In this document: positions 27,397 to 37,018 of the stretch, piece by piece
Layout of the letters: every line of letters starts with the position of its first letter
Position numbering within the stretch: the stretch's first letter is position 1
Virus record (IMG/VR): IMGVR_UViG_3300021185_003351
Span: 64,001 to 128,000 of that record
Strand: one strand, 5' to 3'
From: a virus
Length of the DNA stretch: 64,000 bases
Translations under genes and position numbers: made by a program
Notes under the pieces: generated by a model
Database searches by the model: none
Told to the model about the DNA's origin: nothing
What the model saw: the letters and a program-made list of their open reading frames with translations, nothing else

Positions 27397-29670
27397 ATGA
27401 CAGGTGATATATTTTATACAAATGTTGATGAAAATTTAAAAACTGAATTAAATGCTCGTGGTAGATCCGGATTTAATCGATCAAATCCAGATCAAAATTC
27501 TAGAAGTTTACATTTCATGTTAGACAAAGTAGCTAATGTAAGCTTAGCTGCATATGAAGGACAAGACCGTAAAATAATTAAAGACGGCTCTTTTATTGGA
27601 CCAATTAAAACAACATCATTAGAATCTGATGATGGAGTAAAATCATTTGAAACATTTGTAAAATCAACATTTTTGCCAAATAGCTATTTAGATCCAAAAA
27701 AAAGAAGTAGAGAAATTGTTACAGATATAGACTTAAAGTCATTTCAAATAGAACCAAAAGACGGAAAATTAAGTGTATCAGGCGAAGCTAAAAAAGATAT
27801 TGAAACGTTTAATAATGTCAGTCAACGAATACCTCCGGTGATAACTGCTTGTAGTATGACTATTGGAGATAATTCACAAGGAACATTAAATAAAGCAGAG
27901 ATACAAATTTTAATACCAAATGCAGACGTTGATCTAGATGAGATAGAAAAAATATATTTTAGACCAGGTCGATTAATTCAATTACGAATAGTACATCCCG
28001 AATCCGCAGTAATAACAAAGCAACGATTAACTACTGAAAATATACTTCCAAGTTTGGCACAATTAAAAAAACAAAATCCAAATATGCAATTAGAAACATT
28101 GAATAAAATCAATGAAACACATTTTGAAGGAGTTATAACATCATTTGAATTTAGTTATGAGCAAGATGCATCTGTATCAGCTACAATTTATACGACTGGT
28201 ATTAGCAATGTATATACAGATTTAAGTATGCTAATAAACGAACAAGATTTTATTACCGGATCCTTAGGATTTTCATATACTGGCGGAGATAAAAATAAAA
28301 AGAAAGTAATATCAGGTTCTGCAGACGCAAAAGAAAAAAAACAAAAACAACGTAATACATTTTATGAAGGTTTATTAAACGAACATGCTGAATTATTAGG
28401 TGATTTTGAAAATAATAAAAAAGGAGCTCAAACAGTTGGATTTGCATATGGTAAAAATGCAAATGAAAAAGAAAATTCTGATGTATATATGGCATTTGTA
28501 GACGGATTAGCTCAAAATGAAGATGAAGATGGCAAAGATTTTATTAGATATATATCATTAGGATATTTAATTGATTATATTAATCGTAAAATAGTATCAA
28601 AAAATAAAACAATTGCGAATGCTAAAATTACATGCGATGATATTATTTGTAAAAGTAATTATTATGAACATATTAAATCTGCAGATCCTAGATCAGTATT
28701 ACTACCAGGATCTTCAACTCAATTATATGATTATGAAGCATATGTAGTTTTTGCAAAACTATTAACATCTCCATCTGCAGCAGAAGGATTAAAACCATTC
28801 TATGAAAATTCATTAGGACATCCTTCTAGAATTTTATTATCATTAGATATGATAAAATTAGTATTACTTAATATTGATCCTATAGAAGAAGTAACAGATA
28901 ATAAAGCAGAAATACAATCAGGAGTTCAGATTAAACATTTTTTACGACGAATCTCTGATAAAATTTCAATTTCAACTGGTAGAGCTATTGACATGAAATT
29001 AATATGCCATCCTAATGATGATAGTCAATCTTCTTTATGTTTTTATGATGCTAATTTTGCAGGAACTCCAGAAAGTCAAAAAGCAGTCAAACCATTTTCA
29101 GTTCCAATGTTTGCAAATCATCCAAATGGAACTATAGTTAGAGAGTTTTCAATTAAAGCAAAATTACCTGGATCTGCAAAAAACTTGGCATTTGTATTAA
29201 ATGATGGAACTGATGTATCAGAAGCAAAAATAGCACCATTTCTTCAATTCATGTACCAAGACAATACAGATGCAGCAACTGAAGCAGTTAAAAAAATGTT
29301 GAAAGATTATGCAGAAAAACATTATGCTGCAGTTGAAACATTACGAGAAACACAAATAAAGTTAACAGAAAATTTTGCAGATCAAGAAAGACAAACTGCG
29401 TTAAATAATGCGTTAAAAGAATATATAAAATATCCAAAAGAAAGAATGTCGGATAGTGTGCTAATTGGATCTCCACAATTTCCATATGAAGTTTCATTTA
29501 CTATTGATGGAGTAAGCGGATTTAGATACGGAGATGTTTTAGATTTTGAAGGAATACCAAAAAGATACAGAAACACTACAGTTTTTAGTATCACAAATAT
29601 TCAACACAATGTAGATACATCTGGAATGTGGACAACAAAAATAACTTGTATAATGAGACCAAAAATATGA
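27397..29670 (+). CDS. Baseplate hub protein (gp27/gpD-like)
   Basis: C-terminal FTIDGVSGFRYGD...ITNIQHNVDTSGMWTTKI; follows the LysM gene. Confidence 0.65.
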   Translation: MTGDIFYTNVDENLKTELNARGRSGFNRSNPDQNSRSLHFMLDKVANVSLAAYEGQDRKIIKDGSFIGPIKTTSLESDDGVKSFETFVKSTFLPNSYLDPKKRSREIVTDIDLKSFQIEPKDGKLSVSGEAKKDIETFNNVSQRIPPVITACSMTIGDNSQGTLNKAEIQILIPNADVDLDEIEKIYFRPGRLIQLRIVHPESAVITKQRLTTENILPSLAQLKKQNPNMQLETLNKINETHFEGVITSFEFSYEQDASVSATIYTTGISNVYTDLSMLINEQDFITGSLGFSYTGGDKNKKKVISGSADAKEKKQKQRNTFYEGLLNEHAELLGDFENNKKGAQTVGFAYGKNANEKENSDVYMAFVDGLAQNEDEDGKDFIRYISLGYLIDYINRKIVSKNKTIANAKITCDDIICKSNYYEHIKSADPRSVLLPGSSTQLYDYEAYVVFAKLLTSPSAAEGLKPFYENSLGHPSRILLSLDMIKLVLLNIDPIEEVTDNKAEIQSGVQIKHFLRRISDKISISTGRAIDMKLICHPNDDSQSSLCFYDANFAGTPESQKAVKPFSVPMFANHPNGTIVREFSIKAKLPGSAKNLAFVLNDGTDVSEAKIAPFLQFMYQDNTDAATEAVKKMLKDYAEKHYAAVETLRETQIKLTENFADQERQTALNNALKEYIKYPKERMSDSVLIGSPQFPYEVSFTIDGVSGFRYGDVLDFEGIPKRYRNTTVFSITNIQHNVDTSGMWTTKITCIMRPKI

Positions 29671-30287
29671 GCAGAAAAAAATTAAGATATACAAAAGATG
29701 AAATAACAAATAATCTTTATACAACTGGTCAAGAGTGGATGACTACAGATAATGAAGATTATATAGGATTATACCATCGATATGCAACTGGCGAAGTATA
29801 TACTAATGCAAAATGGAATGTTAATTCGTCTATATCATTAATTAAATATAAACAAACACCAACTGCTAATAAATCATATAAAAAAATAAAATTTGATATT
29901 GAAACAACATATAAATCATTGCAACCAATTAAAATTAAAATAACTCAAACAAATATCAATAATGGATATGTTGATCGTTATTTTGTACAAAATATTGTAA
30001 CAAATAATATTATTGAAATTAATACTGATCAACAACAAAAATTAAATGAAAACAAATTTGATCCAAACTTATATATTTCTACATCAATTCGATGGTATAT
30101 TACCGGTAACTTAGAAACAATCATAAAAAATGGCGTAACATTAAAATCTGTAACAGATAAAAACTTAGATCAAATAAATATAGCTGCACGAACTATTCCT
30201 ACTATTAGTACTTATTTAACTAATTTATCTGAATATTTTTCTGACACTACATATATAGTTCCCAAAGACATTAATCCAATTGGATAA
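29667..30287 (+). CDS. Conserved hypothetical protein (baseplate region)
   Basis: Likely start is the ATG at 29667 (ATGA overlap); NLYTTGQEW...YIGLYH, GYVDRYFVQ. Confidence 0.6.
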   Translation: MSRKKLRYTKDEITNNLYTTGQEWMTTDNEDYIGLYHRYATGEVYTNAKWNVNSSISLIKYKQTPTANKSYKKIKFDIETTYKSLQPIKIKITQTNINNGYVDRYFVQNIVTNNIIEINTDQQQKLNENKFDPNLYISTSIRWYITGNLETIIKNGVTLKSVTDKNLDQINIAARTIPTISTYLTNLSEYFSDTTYIVPKDINPIG

Positions 30288-30309
30288 TTCAAAAAATTTT
30301 ATTATTATA
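30280..30309 (+). promoter_or_regulatory. Putative early/middle promoter TTGGA-N17-TTATTATA
   Basis: Bipartite repeated motif upstream of the PolA-like gene. Confidence 0.6.
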
Positions 30310-30316
30310 GTAATGT

Positions 30317-31645
30317 ATGATAATAATTGACGATGTAGTAGAACTAGATTCGTTGTTACATGAGATTGAAAAAGAAAAATATGTTTTAGTAGTTCCTATA
30401 CTATCAGATCATCAACTTCACCCGATATGTAATAAAATCTCATGTATATACGTATATACTAGTAATGAATTAGAATTCGTTATTCCAATACATCATACAG
30501 AACAAATAACCGGATTTTCAGAACAGTTACACCGTGTTCTCAACTTAGAATCTATATTTGTACATGACAAAAAGTTATGGCTACAAATGGGCGGAAATAA
30601 TAATGTATATGATGTGAAAACTCTATGGTGGTATACATATGGAGAATCATATAATGAAAATCATTATTATACATCAGCTCATAATTTTTATTGGAGGCGA
30701 CATACTAATTTACAACATGTTAATACAATTATTCCATTAATGAAACATGCAGAAATGTGTCAAAAAATACGCAAGTATGCAATGCCAATGATTGTTAATT
30801 CAAAATTAAGTAAGTCATATAAACAATTCAATGAATATTATCCAAAAATATTTTCTGAAATTGAATCTAACGGAATGCAAGTTGATAATTCTTTTAAAAT
30901 GAAAGAGTTAATTACAAATGGACGAGTTTATTCTAATTATCATTATCATACAACTACAGGTCGACCGTCTAATGCATTCCGTGGATTTAATTATGCAGCT
31001 ATGAATAAAGAAGATGGAACAAGAGATGCTTTTTGTAGTAGGTTTGACGCAGGAGCATTAGTGGAATTTGATTTTGATGCATATCATGTAAGATTAATTG
31101 CACAACTAATTGGATATAAATTACCAGCTGGATCAATACATACATATTTTGGTAAATTTTATTTTGGAACCGATTCATTGACTGTAGAACAATATGAACA
31201 AAGCAAACAAATAACATTTAGATTGTTATATGGACATATAGAAAAAGAATTTTTAAAAATTCCATTTTTTAATGAAGTAAATAATTTTGTATATTCGTTA
31301 TGGTCAAAATGGAAATCAAACAAGTATATACAAACTCCAATATTAAAAAGATCTTTAAGTTCAGACAATTTGTCTAACATGAATCAAAATAAATTATTTA
31401 ATTATTATCTTCAAGCATTAGAGACAGAATTTACAGCAAGTCGACTAAATGAATTATCAATACTACTTAAAAATTATAAAACATGTATAATATTATATAC
31501 ATATGATTCTGTACTCTTCGATGTTCCAATTCATGAAGCTAAAGAAATATTACCACAAATTAAAACACAATTAGAAAGAAATAATTTCCCTGTTAAATGT
31601 AAAGTAGGCAATATTTATAGTAAAATGAATGACATCAAGTTATGA
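30317..31645 (+). CDS. Short, divergent family A DNA polymerase-like protein
   Basis: TTTGRPS, motif A (EFDFDAYHVRLIA), motif B (SKQITFRLLYG), motif C (YTYDSVLFD). Confidence 0.8.
   Translation: MIIIDDVVELDSLLHEIEKEKYVLVVPILSDHQLHPICNKISCIYVYTSNELEFVIPIHHTEQITGFSEQLHRVLNLESIFVHDKKLWLQMGGNNNVYDVKTLWWYTYGESYNENHYYTSAHNFYWRRHTNLQHVNTIIPLMKHAEMCQKIRKYAMPMIVNSKLSKSYKQFNEYYPKIFSEIESNGMQVDNSFKMKELITNGRVYSNYHYHTTTGRPSNAFRGFNYAAMNKEDGTRDAFCSRFDAGALVEFDFDAYHVRLIAQLIGYKLPAGSIHTYFGKFYFGTDSLTVEQYEQSKQITFRLLYGHIEKEFLKIPFFNEVNNFVYSLWSKWKSNKYIQTPILKRSLSSDNLSNMNQNKLFNYYLQALETEFTASRLNELSILLKNYKTCIILYTYDSVLFDVPIHEAKEILPQIKTQLERNNFPVKCKVGNIYSKMNDIKL
31611..31624 (+). promoter_or_regulatory. Putative late promoter motif ATATTTATAGTAAA
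   Basis: Embedded in the 3' end of the polA-like gene, upstream of 31642. Confidence 0.5.
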
Positions 31646-32901
31646 TAGATAAAATTATTAATGAATGGACATATCAATTAGACGCTGGATATCCAACAAA
31701 AGATTCTGACTATGAAGTTCTTCGTTCTGTTTTACAAGAAACTGATATACTTTCTGAACAAGAAATTGATCAAACAATTCGTCAGGCAAAAGGATTATAT
31801 GAACAAGATCCGGAGTTAGAAAATACACAACTTTTATTGGAAGATGATTTAAGATCAAGACTATTAGATATAAAAATACCTAATGATTTAATTAACATAA
31901 TCATAACTATATATTCTGGATTATCAGATACAGAGAAACGAGAATTTTCAGAAAATTTTAGAATACATTCAATTGAATCATTTGTACAAACAGGATATAT
32001 TCCATTTCGAAAATTTTATAATGTTATACCTGGAGGTGCTGCCTCCGGAATGGGAAGAGGAGAAATGATGGCACTATTAGCAGTAAAAGATTCTGCACCA
32101 GGCGGTACTGAACGTCATGATATTGTTATGTCAAATGGCGAATGGGAAGTTAAAGAATTAGAAAAGAAAGCATTTAGACCAGCAAAAAAAGGAATGGCAT
32201 TTGCTTTTGATTTTGCTCCAAAAATTATAAAATTTTATAATGATATCATTGTTCCATTTTCAAGAATAGGCGATCCTGGAGATGAATTAATACCAATGGT
32301 AGATGATAGATCAAAACCATTAGTAAAAAAATTAATTGACATATTAGAATCTAGATTTGAATCTCTTGCTGATATGAATAAAATTAAAAGTGCTAATGAA
32401 TGGAAACTAATGTTATTTCATAATTGGTATGAAGGATTTAAAGAATTAAATCAATTATTTTATCAAACAAAATTTGATAGTGATGTAAAAGATACAAGAT
32501 TAGTTGTTAAAACCGGAGGCAAAGAAAAAGCATATTGGATATCAGATACAGACGCTGATAATATTGAACTAAAATCAGGAGAAGATGAACCAGCAAATAT
32601 TAATATTGGCGATGCTATTGATAATGTAAATCAAAATATACAAATTTGGTTCAAACGAATTGAATTTAATGAATTTATTAAGAATCCACGAATTTTTATA
32701 GAAGAATTAAATACTGTTAAAAATACATTTTTTAAAGGAGTATTAGGAGTTGTATATTATTTAAAAGAAGCTAAAGATCAAAAACCATATTTATCTAGTC
32801 CTTCTGATTTTCTAATATATCAAATTTCACAAGGTCAATATCGTTTTAGATTAACAAATCATAGTGCTAATAATAAACCATATCAATTAGATCAAAATTA
32901 G
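31642..32901 (+). CDS. Hypothetical protein with a PD-(D/E)XK-like motif; candidate internal head protein
   Basis: GMGRGE...HDIVMSNGEWEVKE; acidic N-terminal leader with IINE, LSE, LYE and LLE sites. Confidence 0.45.
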   Translation: MIDKIINEWTYQLDAGYPTKDSDYEVLRSVLQETDILSEQEIDQTIRQAKGLYEQDPELENTQLLLEDDLRSRLLDIKIPNDLINIIITIYSGLSDTEKREFSENFRIHSIESFVQTGYIPFRKFYNVIPGGAASGMGRGEMMALLAVKDSAPGGTERHDIVMSNGEWEVKELEKKAFRPAKKGMAFAFDFAPKIIKFYNDIIVPFSRIGDPGDELIPMVDDRSKPLVKKLIDILESRFESLADMNKIKSANEWKLMLFHNWYEGFKELNQLFYQTKFDSDVKDTRLVVKTGGKEKAYWISDTDADNIELKSGEDEPANINIGDAIDNVNQNIQIWFKRIEFNEFIKNPRIFIEELNTVKNTFFKGVLGVVYYLKEAKDQKPYLSSPSDFLIYQISQGQYRFRLTNHSANNKPYQLDQN

Positions 32902-32909
32902 GATAACGA

Positions 32910-33293
32910 GTGAGGACACAACTATTGTGCACATTTGCACATAAAACAAATTTAGACATAGTTACAGAATATATCAAGCAAAACTTCGAAATTCCAGAAA
33001 ACCGAATATTTGTATTTGCAAACTATGAAAACAGAAATGATTTATATTGCACATTCAATGCTGCAGATAACGGATATCGTGGAAAAAATACAATATCAAT
33101 TCACAGAAAAAAAGAAACTAACACATTATATACGGTTAATGCTTTAAATGAAGTTATCAAAGATTTAAACAATGGTATACTAGATAAAACAATGATTTTA
33201 CCATGGGAAGCATTTGAAAATTCTTTTTTATTAACTGATGATAATGGTTATCGCAGGATAGACTTAGTATTTTTTAAAAGAATTAATTTTTAA
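32910..33293 (+). CDS. Conserved hypothetical phage protein
   Basis: GTG start; QLLCTF and NTISIHRKKETNTLYTVNALNE. Confidence 0.65.
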   Translation: MRTQLLCTFAHKTNLDIVTEYIKQNFEIPENRIFVFANYENRNDLYCTFNAADNGYRGKNTISIHRKKETNTLYTVNALNEVIKDLNNGILDKTMILPWEAFENSFLLTDDNGYRRIDLVFFKRINF

Positions 33294-33295
33294 CT

Positions 33296-33309
33296 ATATT
33301 TATATATGT
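33296..33309 (+). promoter_or_regulatory. Putative late promoter motif ATATTTATATATGT
   Basis: Core ATATTTATA upstream of 33328. Confidence 0.5.
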
Positions 33310-33327
33310 AATAAAGAAAATACTATC

Positions 33328-34023
33328 ATGATTAAATTAAAAAATTTACTAAAAGAAGGATTTGCATGGGAAAGAAATGCAGATGGATCATTACCCACAT
33401 TAGCAGACGCTACTAGAAATCATCAAAAAAATCTTCAAGAACAATCTTTCAATAGATTACAACCATTAATTGATATGGGATTTGAACTTAAAAAATTAGA
33501 AAATGGTCAAACTGTAGCTACAATCGGTGATAAATCTAATAATGTTGCATTAATAATAGGAACAAATGCTGTATTTAAAGGATTGTATAAAATTAACGGA
33601 CAACAAGGAATGTTAGCTGGAACAATTCCTGCAGGCCCTGGAGACGATGATAAATACATACAACTGATTAAGTCTAAAATTGCAAAAATGGGTATAACAG
33701 AAGTCTTAAAAGACAAAGACGGAAATGTACGAACAGATTTAAAATATAAAGACAATCAAAACTATCAGCCAAGAATTGAATTGAAAAATACAAAAATGGG
33801 TAGTGGTACAAATCTTACAATAACAGTTAGTATAGATGGAAGTTCACCATTTGATATAGAATTTGATGATTATGAAGAAACAGATGATCATGGATATGAA
33901 AAAGCAATCTACTTAATGGGAGCTGACGATGGCGGTAATGAATGGGGTATGGAAGGATCAATGGCATTTCATGGAGAATTGGAAGATTTTAATATTGACA
34001 CATTAGAAAAAATGGAAAAATAA
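33328..34023 (+). CDS. Candidate internal head protein
   Basis: Leader MIKLKNLLKE; internal NLQE and ITE sites. Confidence 0.5.
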   Translation: MIKLKNLLKEGFAWERNADGSLPTLADATRNHQKNLQEQSFNRLQPLIDMGFELKKLENGQTVATIGDKSNNVALIIGTNAVFKGLYKINGQQGMLAGTIPAGPGDDDKYIQLIKSKIAKMGITEVLKDKDGNVRTDLKYKDNQNYQPRIELKNTKMGSGTNLTITVSIDGSSPFDIEFDDYEETDDHGYEKAIYLMGADDGGNEWGMEGSMAFHGELEDFNIDTLEKMEK

Positions 34024-34343
34024 TGAATTTAAAAGAATCAATGAAAAGATTTGGTACAAAAAATCTTAAAGAATCTAATTTAATAACTGAAGCTGCAGCA
34101 AATCAACAAAATTGGCTTAAAGGATATTTCAAGAAAAAAGAAGGCGATACAGGCGAATGGAAAATTGGCCAAAACGGAGACTTGGAAATTTATGTTGATG
34201 GAAAATTGGCAGGAGAATTTTTAGCAGACGATAAGTTATACATTCCAAACTCATTAATGGGAGATCTTCGAAAAGGTAATTATGATAAATCATATCAAAA
34301 ACCTAGAAATACGTTTGATGATGATTTTGAACTTGAACGATAA
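34023..34343 (+). CDS. Candidate internal head protein
   Basis: Leader MNLKESMKRFGTKNLKESNLITE, shared with the next gene. Confidence 0.5.
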   Translation: MNLKESMKRFGTKNLKESNLITEAAANQQNWLKGYFKKKEGDTGEWKIGQNGDLEIYVDGKLAGEFLADDKLYIPNSLMGDLRKGNYDKSYQKPRNTFDDDFELER

Positions 34344-34348
34344 AACTA

Positions 34349-34978
34349 ATGAATTTTAAAAAGTTAATGAAAAGAATTGGTACTAAAAATCTTCAGGAAC
34401 AAGAAGATCTTTCAATACCATCATTAGGTTTTGATATAGCAGATAAAATTCAAGATGCAGTAGGAGTTTTAAATGACAAAGAAGATGTCATGCAAGAAGA
34501 AATAGCAAGAATTACTGATACCAAAATACTAAAAGAAGTTGAAAAAAATTTAGGAAAGTCTTTAGTCAGTTGGTTAATGGATAATTATTCAAATCCTTCC
34601 TTACTAAATATATCGCTAGCATCATTAACAACTATTACAGATGTAGCGTGGATAACAAAGTCAGTAGAAGATTATACTGCAGATAATGTTGGAGACGGAA
34701 AGATACCTAGTATATTTACATCATTAAAAAAACTAGGGATATTAAATCAAAGATCTTTGGGTAAAGAAATATTAGTATCTATGAAACAATTGAGGTTTAC
34801 ACGAAGTCCGTATAATTCTAAAGGAGGATATTACTATTATGCTCCTCCATCTGAAACATATGCTACTAGGAATAAAGATATAGAAACAACATGGAATAGT
34901 GACATACTTCCAAAAATTGATATGGATGCAGATAAACCGACACTTCAACGTGGTGATATCAAACATACAAATTTATAA
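34349..34978 (+). CDS. Candidate internal head protein
   Basis: Leader MNFKKLMKRIGTKNLQE, shared with the previous gene. Confidence 0.5.
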   Translation: MNFKKLMKRIGTKNLQEQEDLSIPSLGFDIADKIQDAVGVLNDKEDVMQEEIARITDTKILKEVEKNLGKSLVSWLMDNYSNPSLLNISLASLTTITDVAWITKSVEDYTADNVGDGKIPSIFTSLKKLGILNQRSLGKEILVSMKQLRFTRSPYNSKGGYYYYAPPSETYATRNKDIETTWNSDILPKIDMDADKPTLQRGDIKHTNL

Positions 34979-34995
34979 ACAATTACACAATTAAC

Positions 34996-35025
34996 TTTGA
35001 ATTAACGAATTAATTACTTATAATA
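34996..35025 (+). promoter_or_regulatory. Putative early/middle promoter TTTGA-N17-TTATAATA
   Basis: Variant of the bipartite motif, upstream of the SSB gene. Confidence 0.5.
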
Positions 35026-35075
35026 TAATTAATAAATAAACAAATAATAACAATTAAACAATTAAAGGATACAAT

Positions 35076-35849
35076 ATGAGTTTAGACTTAAACGCCATAA
35101 AGGCGAAACTTAACCAATTAACAACAACTAACGACAGAAGAAATAACTATTTCAAGCCAGAACCTGGCAAACAAAGAGTAAGAATTGTCCCTTACGTTCA
35201 CAGAAAAGAAAACCCTTTCCTAGAAATGTATTTCCATTATGATATTGCAAAGAGAAGTATGCTCTCTCCAATAACATTTGGTAATGCTGATCCAGTAGTA
35301 GAATTTGCTGAAAAGCTTAAGAAAACTGGTGATAAAGATGACTGGTTAATGGGTAGAAAAATTGAACCAAAAATGAGAACGTACGTTCCTGTTATAGTAA
35401 GAGGTAAAGAATCTGAAGGTGTTAAATTTTGGGGATTCGGAAAAACAATTTATTCTGAATTATTATCTATTATAGCAGACCCTGATTATGGTGATATTAC
35501 CGACTTAATGAATGGAAGAGACATTGACGTTGAATTTACTCCATCAGAAGGTCCTGGTCAATATCCAAAAACAGCTATTAGAGTTAAACCTAATACATCA
35601 GCAGCTACTGAAGATAAAGCAATTGCAAAATCAATAATGGATCAACCTAAAATAACAGATCTATTTCCAGAGCCAACATATGAAGAATTAGAAAAAGCAT
35701 TAAATGATTGGATGAATCCAGAAAGTGCTGACTCTGATACGTCAACTCCAAAAGCTGCAGCAACTCCTGCAACTGAAACAAAATCGAATGATACTGTTAC
35801 TAAAAAAACAGACGTAGCAGAAGCATTTGACGATTTATTCAATAATTAA
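35076..35849 (+). CDS. Single-stranded DNA-binding protein (T4 gp32-like)
   Basis: VRIVPY, GVKFWGFGKTIY, DYGDITD...GRD; acidic tail AFDDLFNN; upstream of uvsX. Confidence 0.85.
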   Translation: MSLDLNAIKAKLNQLTTTNDRRNNYFKPEPGKQRVRIVPYVHRKENPFLEMYFHYDIAKRSMLSPITFGNADPVVEFAEKLKKTGDKDDWLMGRKIEPKMRTYVPVIVRGKESEGVKFWGFGKTIYSELLSIIADPDYGDITDLMNGRDIDVEFTPSEGPGQYPKTAIRVKPNTSAATEDKAIAKSIMDQPKITDLFPEPTYEELEKALNDWMNPESADSDTSTPKAAATPATETKSNDTVTKKTDVAEAFDDLFNN

Positions 35850-35860
35850 GAAAGTTATAT

Positions 35861-37018
35861 ATGGGAAAGAAAAAGAGCGAACTGGAAGATTCGTTAGCAT
35901 CAGCGCTAGCAGATAGCATTAATAAACAATTTAAAGGACAAAATTACAAGTCAGCATTTTTTCTAGATGGTGATGATGATGCTCCTACAAATGTTAATGA
36001 ATGGATATCTACCGGATGCTCAATGTTAGATTTAGCCATTTCAAATCGTCCTAATGGAGGTTTTCCTGTTGGTAGAATTACCGAAATAACAGGACTTGAA
36101 GCTTCTGGTAAATCATTACTAGCAGCTCATACCTTAGCAGAGACGCAAAAGAAAAATGGATTAGCAGTATATATTGATACAGAATCAGCTAGTAGTGCAG
36201 AATTCTTAACAGCAATTGGCGTAGATTTAAAAACTATGTTATATGTTCCATTAGAAACAATTGAAGAAATATTTGAAACTATTGAAACAATTGTTGAAAA
36301 TGTTAGAAAGTCTGACAAAGATAGGTTAGTAACTATAGTAGTAGACTCAGTAATGGGAGCATCTACTAAAATAGAAATGGCAATGGAATATGATAAAGAT
36401 GGATATGCAACATCCAAATCTATTATATTAAGTAAAGCTATGAGAAAAGTTACTAATTGGATAGCTAGAGAAAGAATATGTTTAATCTTCACTAATCAGT
36501 TAAGAACTAAATTAGGCGTATCTTTTGGAGATCCATGGACAACTGCAGGTGGTAAAGCTTTACCATTTCATTCATCGGTTAGACTTCGTTTAAAAAATAC
36601 TGGTATGATAAAGGCCAGAGTAAACGGAACAGATCAAGTAGTTGGAAATAAAACTAATGTACATGTTGTAAAAAACAGAATGGGGCCTCCTAACAGAAAA
36701 ATTGATTATGAAATATATTATGATAGTGGAATTGACAACTATGGCGGTTGGTTAAATATCATGAAGAATTTCAAATTAGTTTCTCAATCAGGAGCTTGGT
36801 ATTCATTAGATGATGTTGATCCAGATACTGGCGAAGTTCTAGAAACTATCAAATTTCAAAGTAAAGATTTCATAGAAAAGGTAATACAAAATTCCGAAAT
36901 GAAAGATAGACTGTATAATAGAATTTGTGAAGCATATATATTTAAATACAGAGCCGGAATAGATGGTGGTATTGACGATGTAGTAGTTGATGAAGAAGTT
37001 ATAAATGAAGAAGGATAA
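35861..37018 (+). CDS. uvsX: RecA/UvsX recombinase
   Basis: ISTGCSMLDLAIS, GRITEITGLEASGKS, YIDTE, IFTNQLR, GGKALPFHSSVRL. Confidence 0.95.
   Translation: MGKKKSELEDSLASALADSINKQFKGQNYKSAFFLDGDDDAPTNVNEWISTGCSMLDLAISNRPNGGFPVGRITEITGLEASGKSLLAAHTLAETQKKNGLAVYIDTESASSAEFLTAIGVDLKTMLYVPLETIEEIFETIETIVENVRKSDKDRLVTIVVDSVMGASTKIEMAMEYDKDGYATSKSIILSKAMRKVTNWIARERICLIFTNQLRTKLGVSFGDPWTTAGGKALPFHSSVRLRLKNTGMIKARVNGTDQVVGNKTNVHVVKNRMGPPNRKIDYEIYYDSGIDNYGGWLNIMKNFKLVSQSGAWYSLDDVDPDTGEVLETIKFQSKDFIEKVIQNSEMKDRLYNRICEAYIFKYRAGIDGGIDDVVVDEEVINEEG

Noticed and set aside
19000-29670. Bacterial contractile injection system or tailocin
   Set aside because: It is contiguous with a full T4-like replication module, so this is a phage tail.
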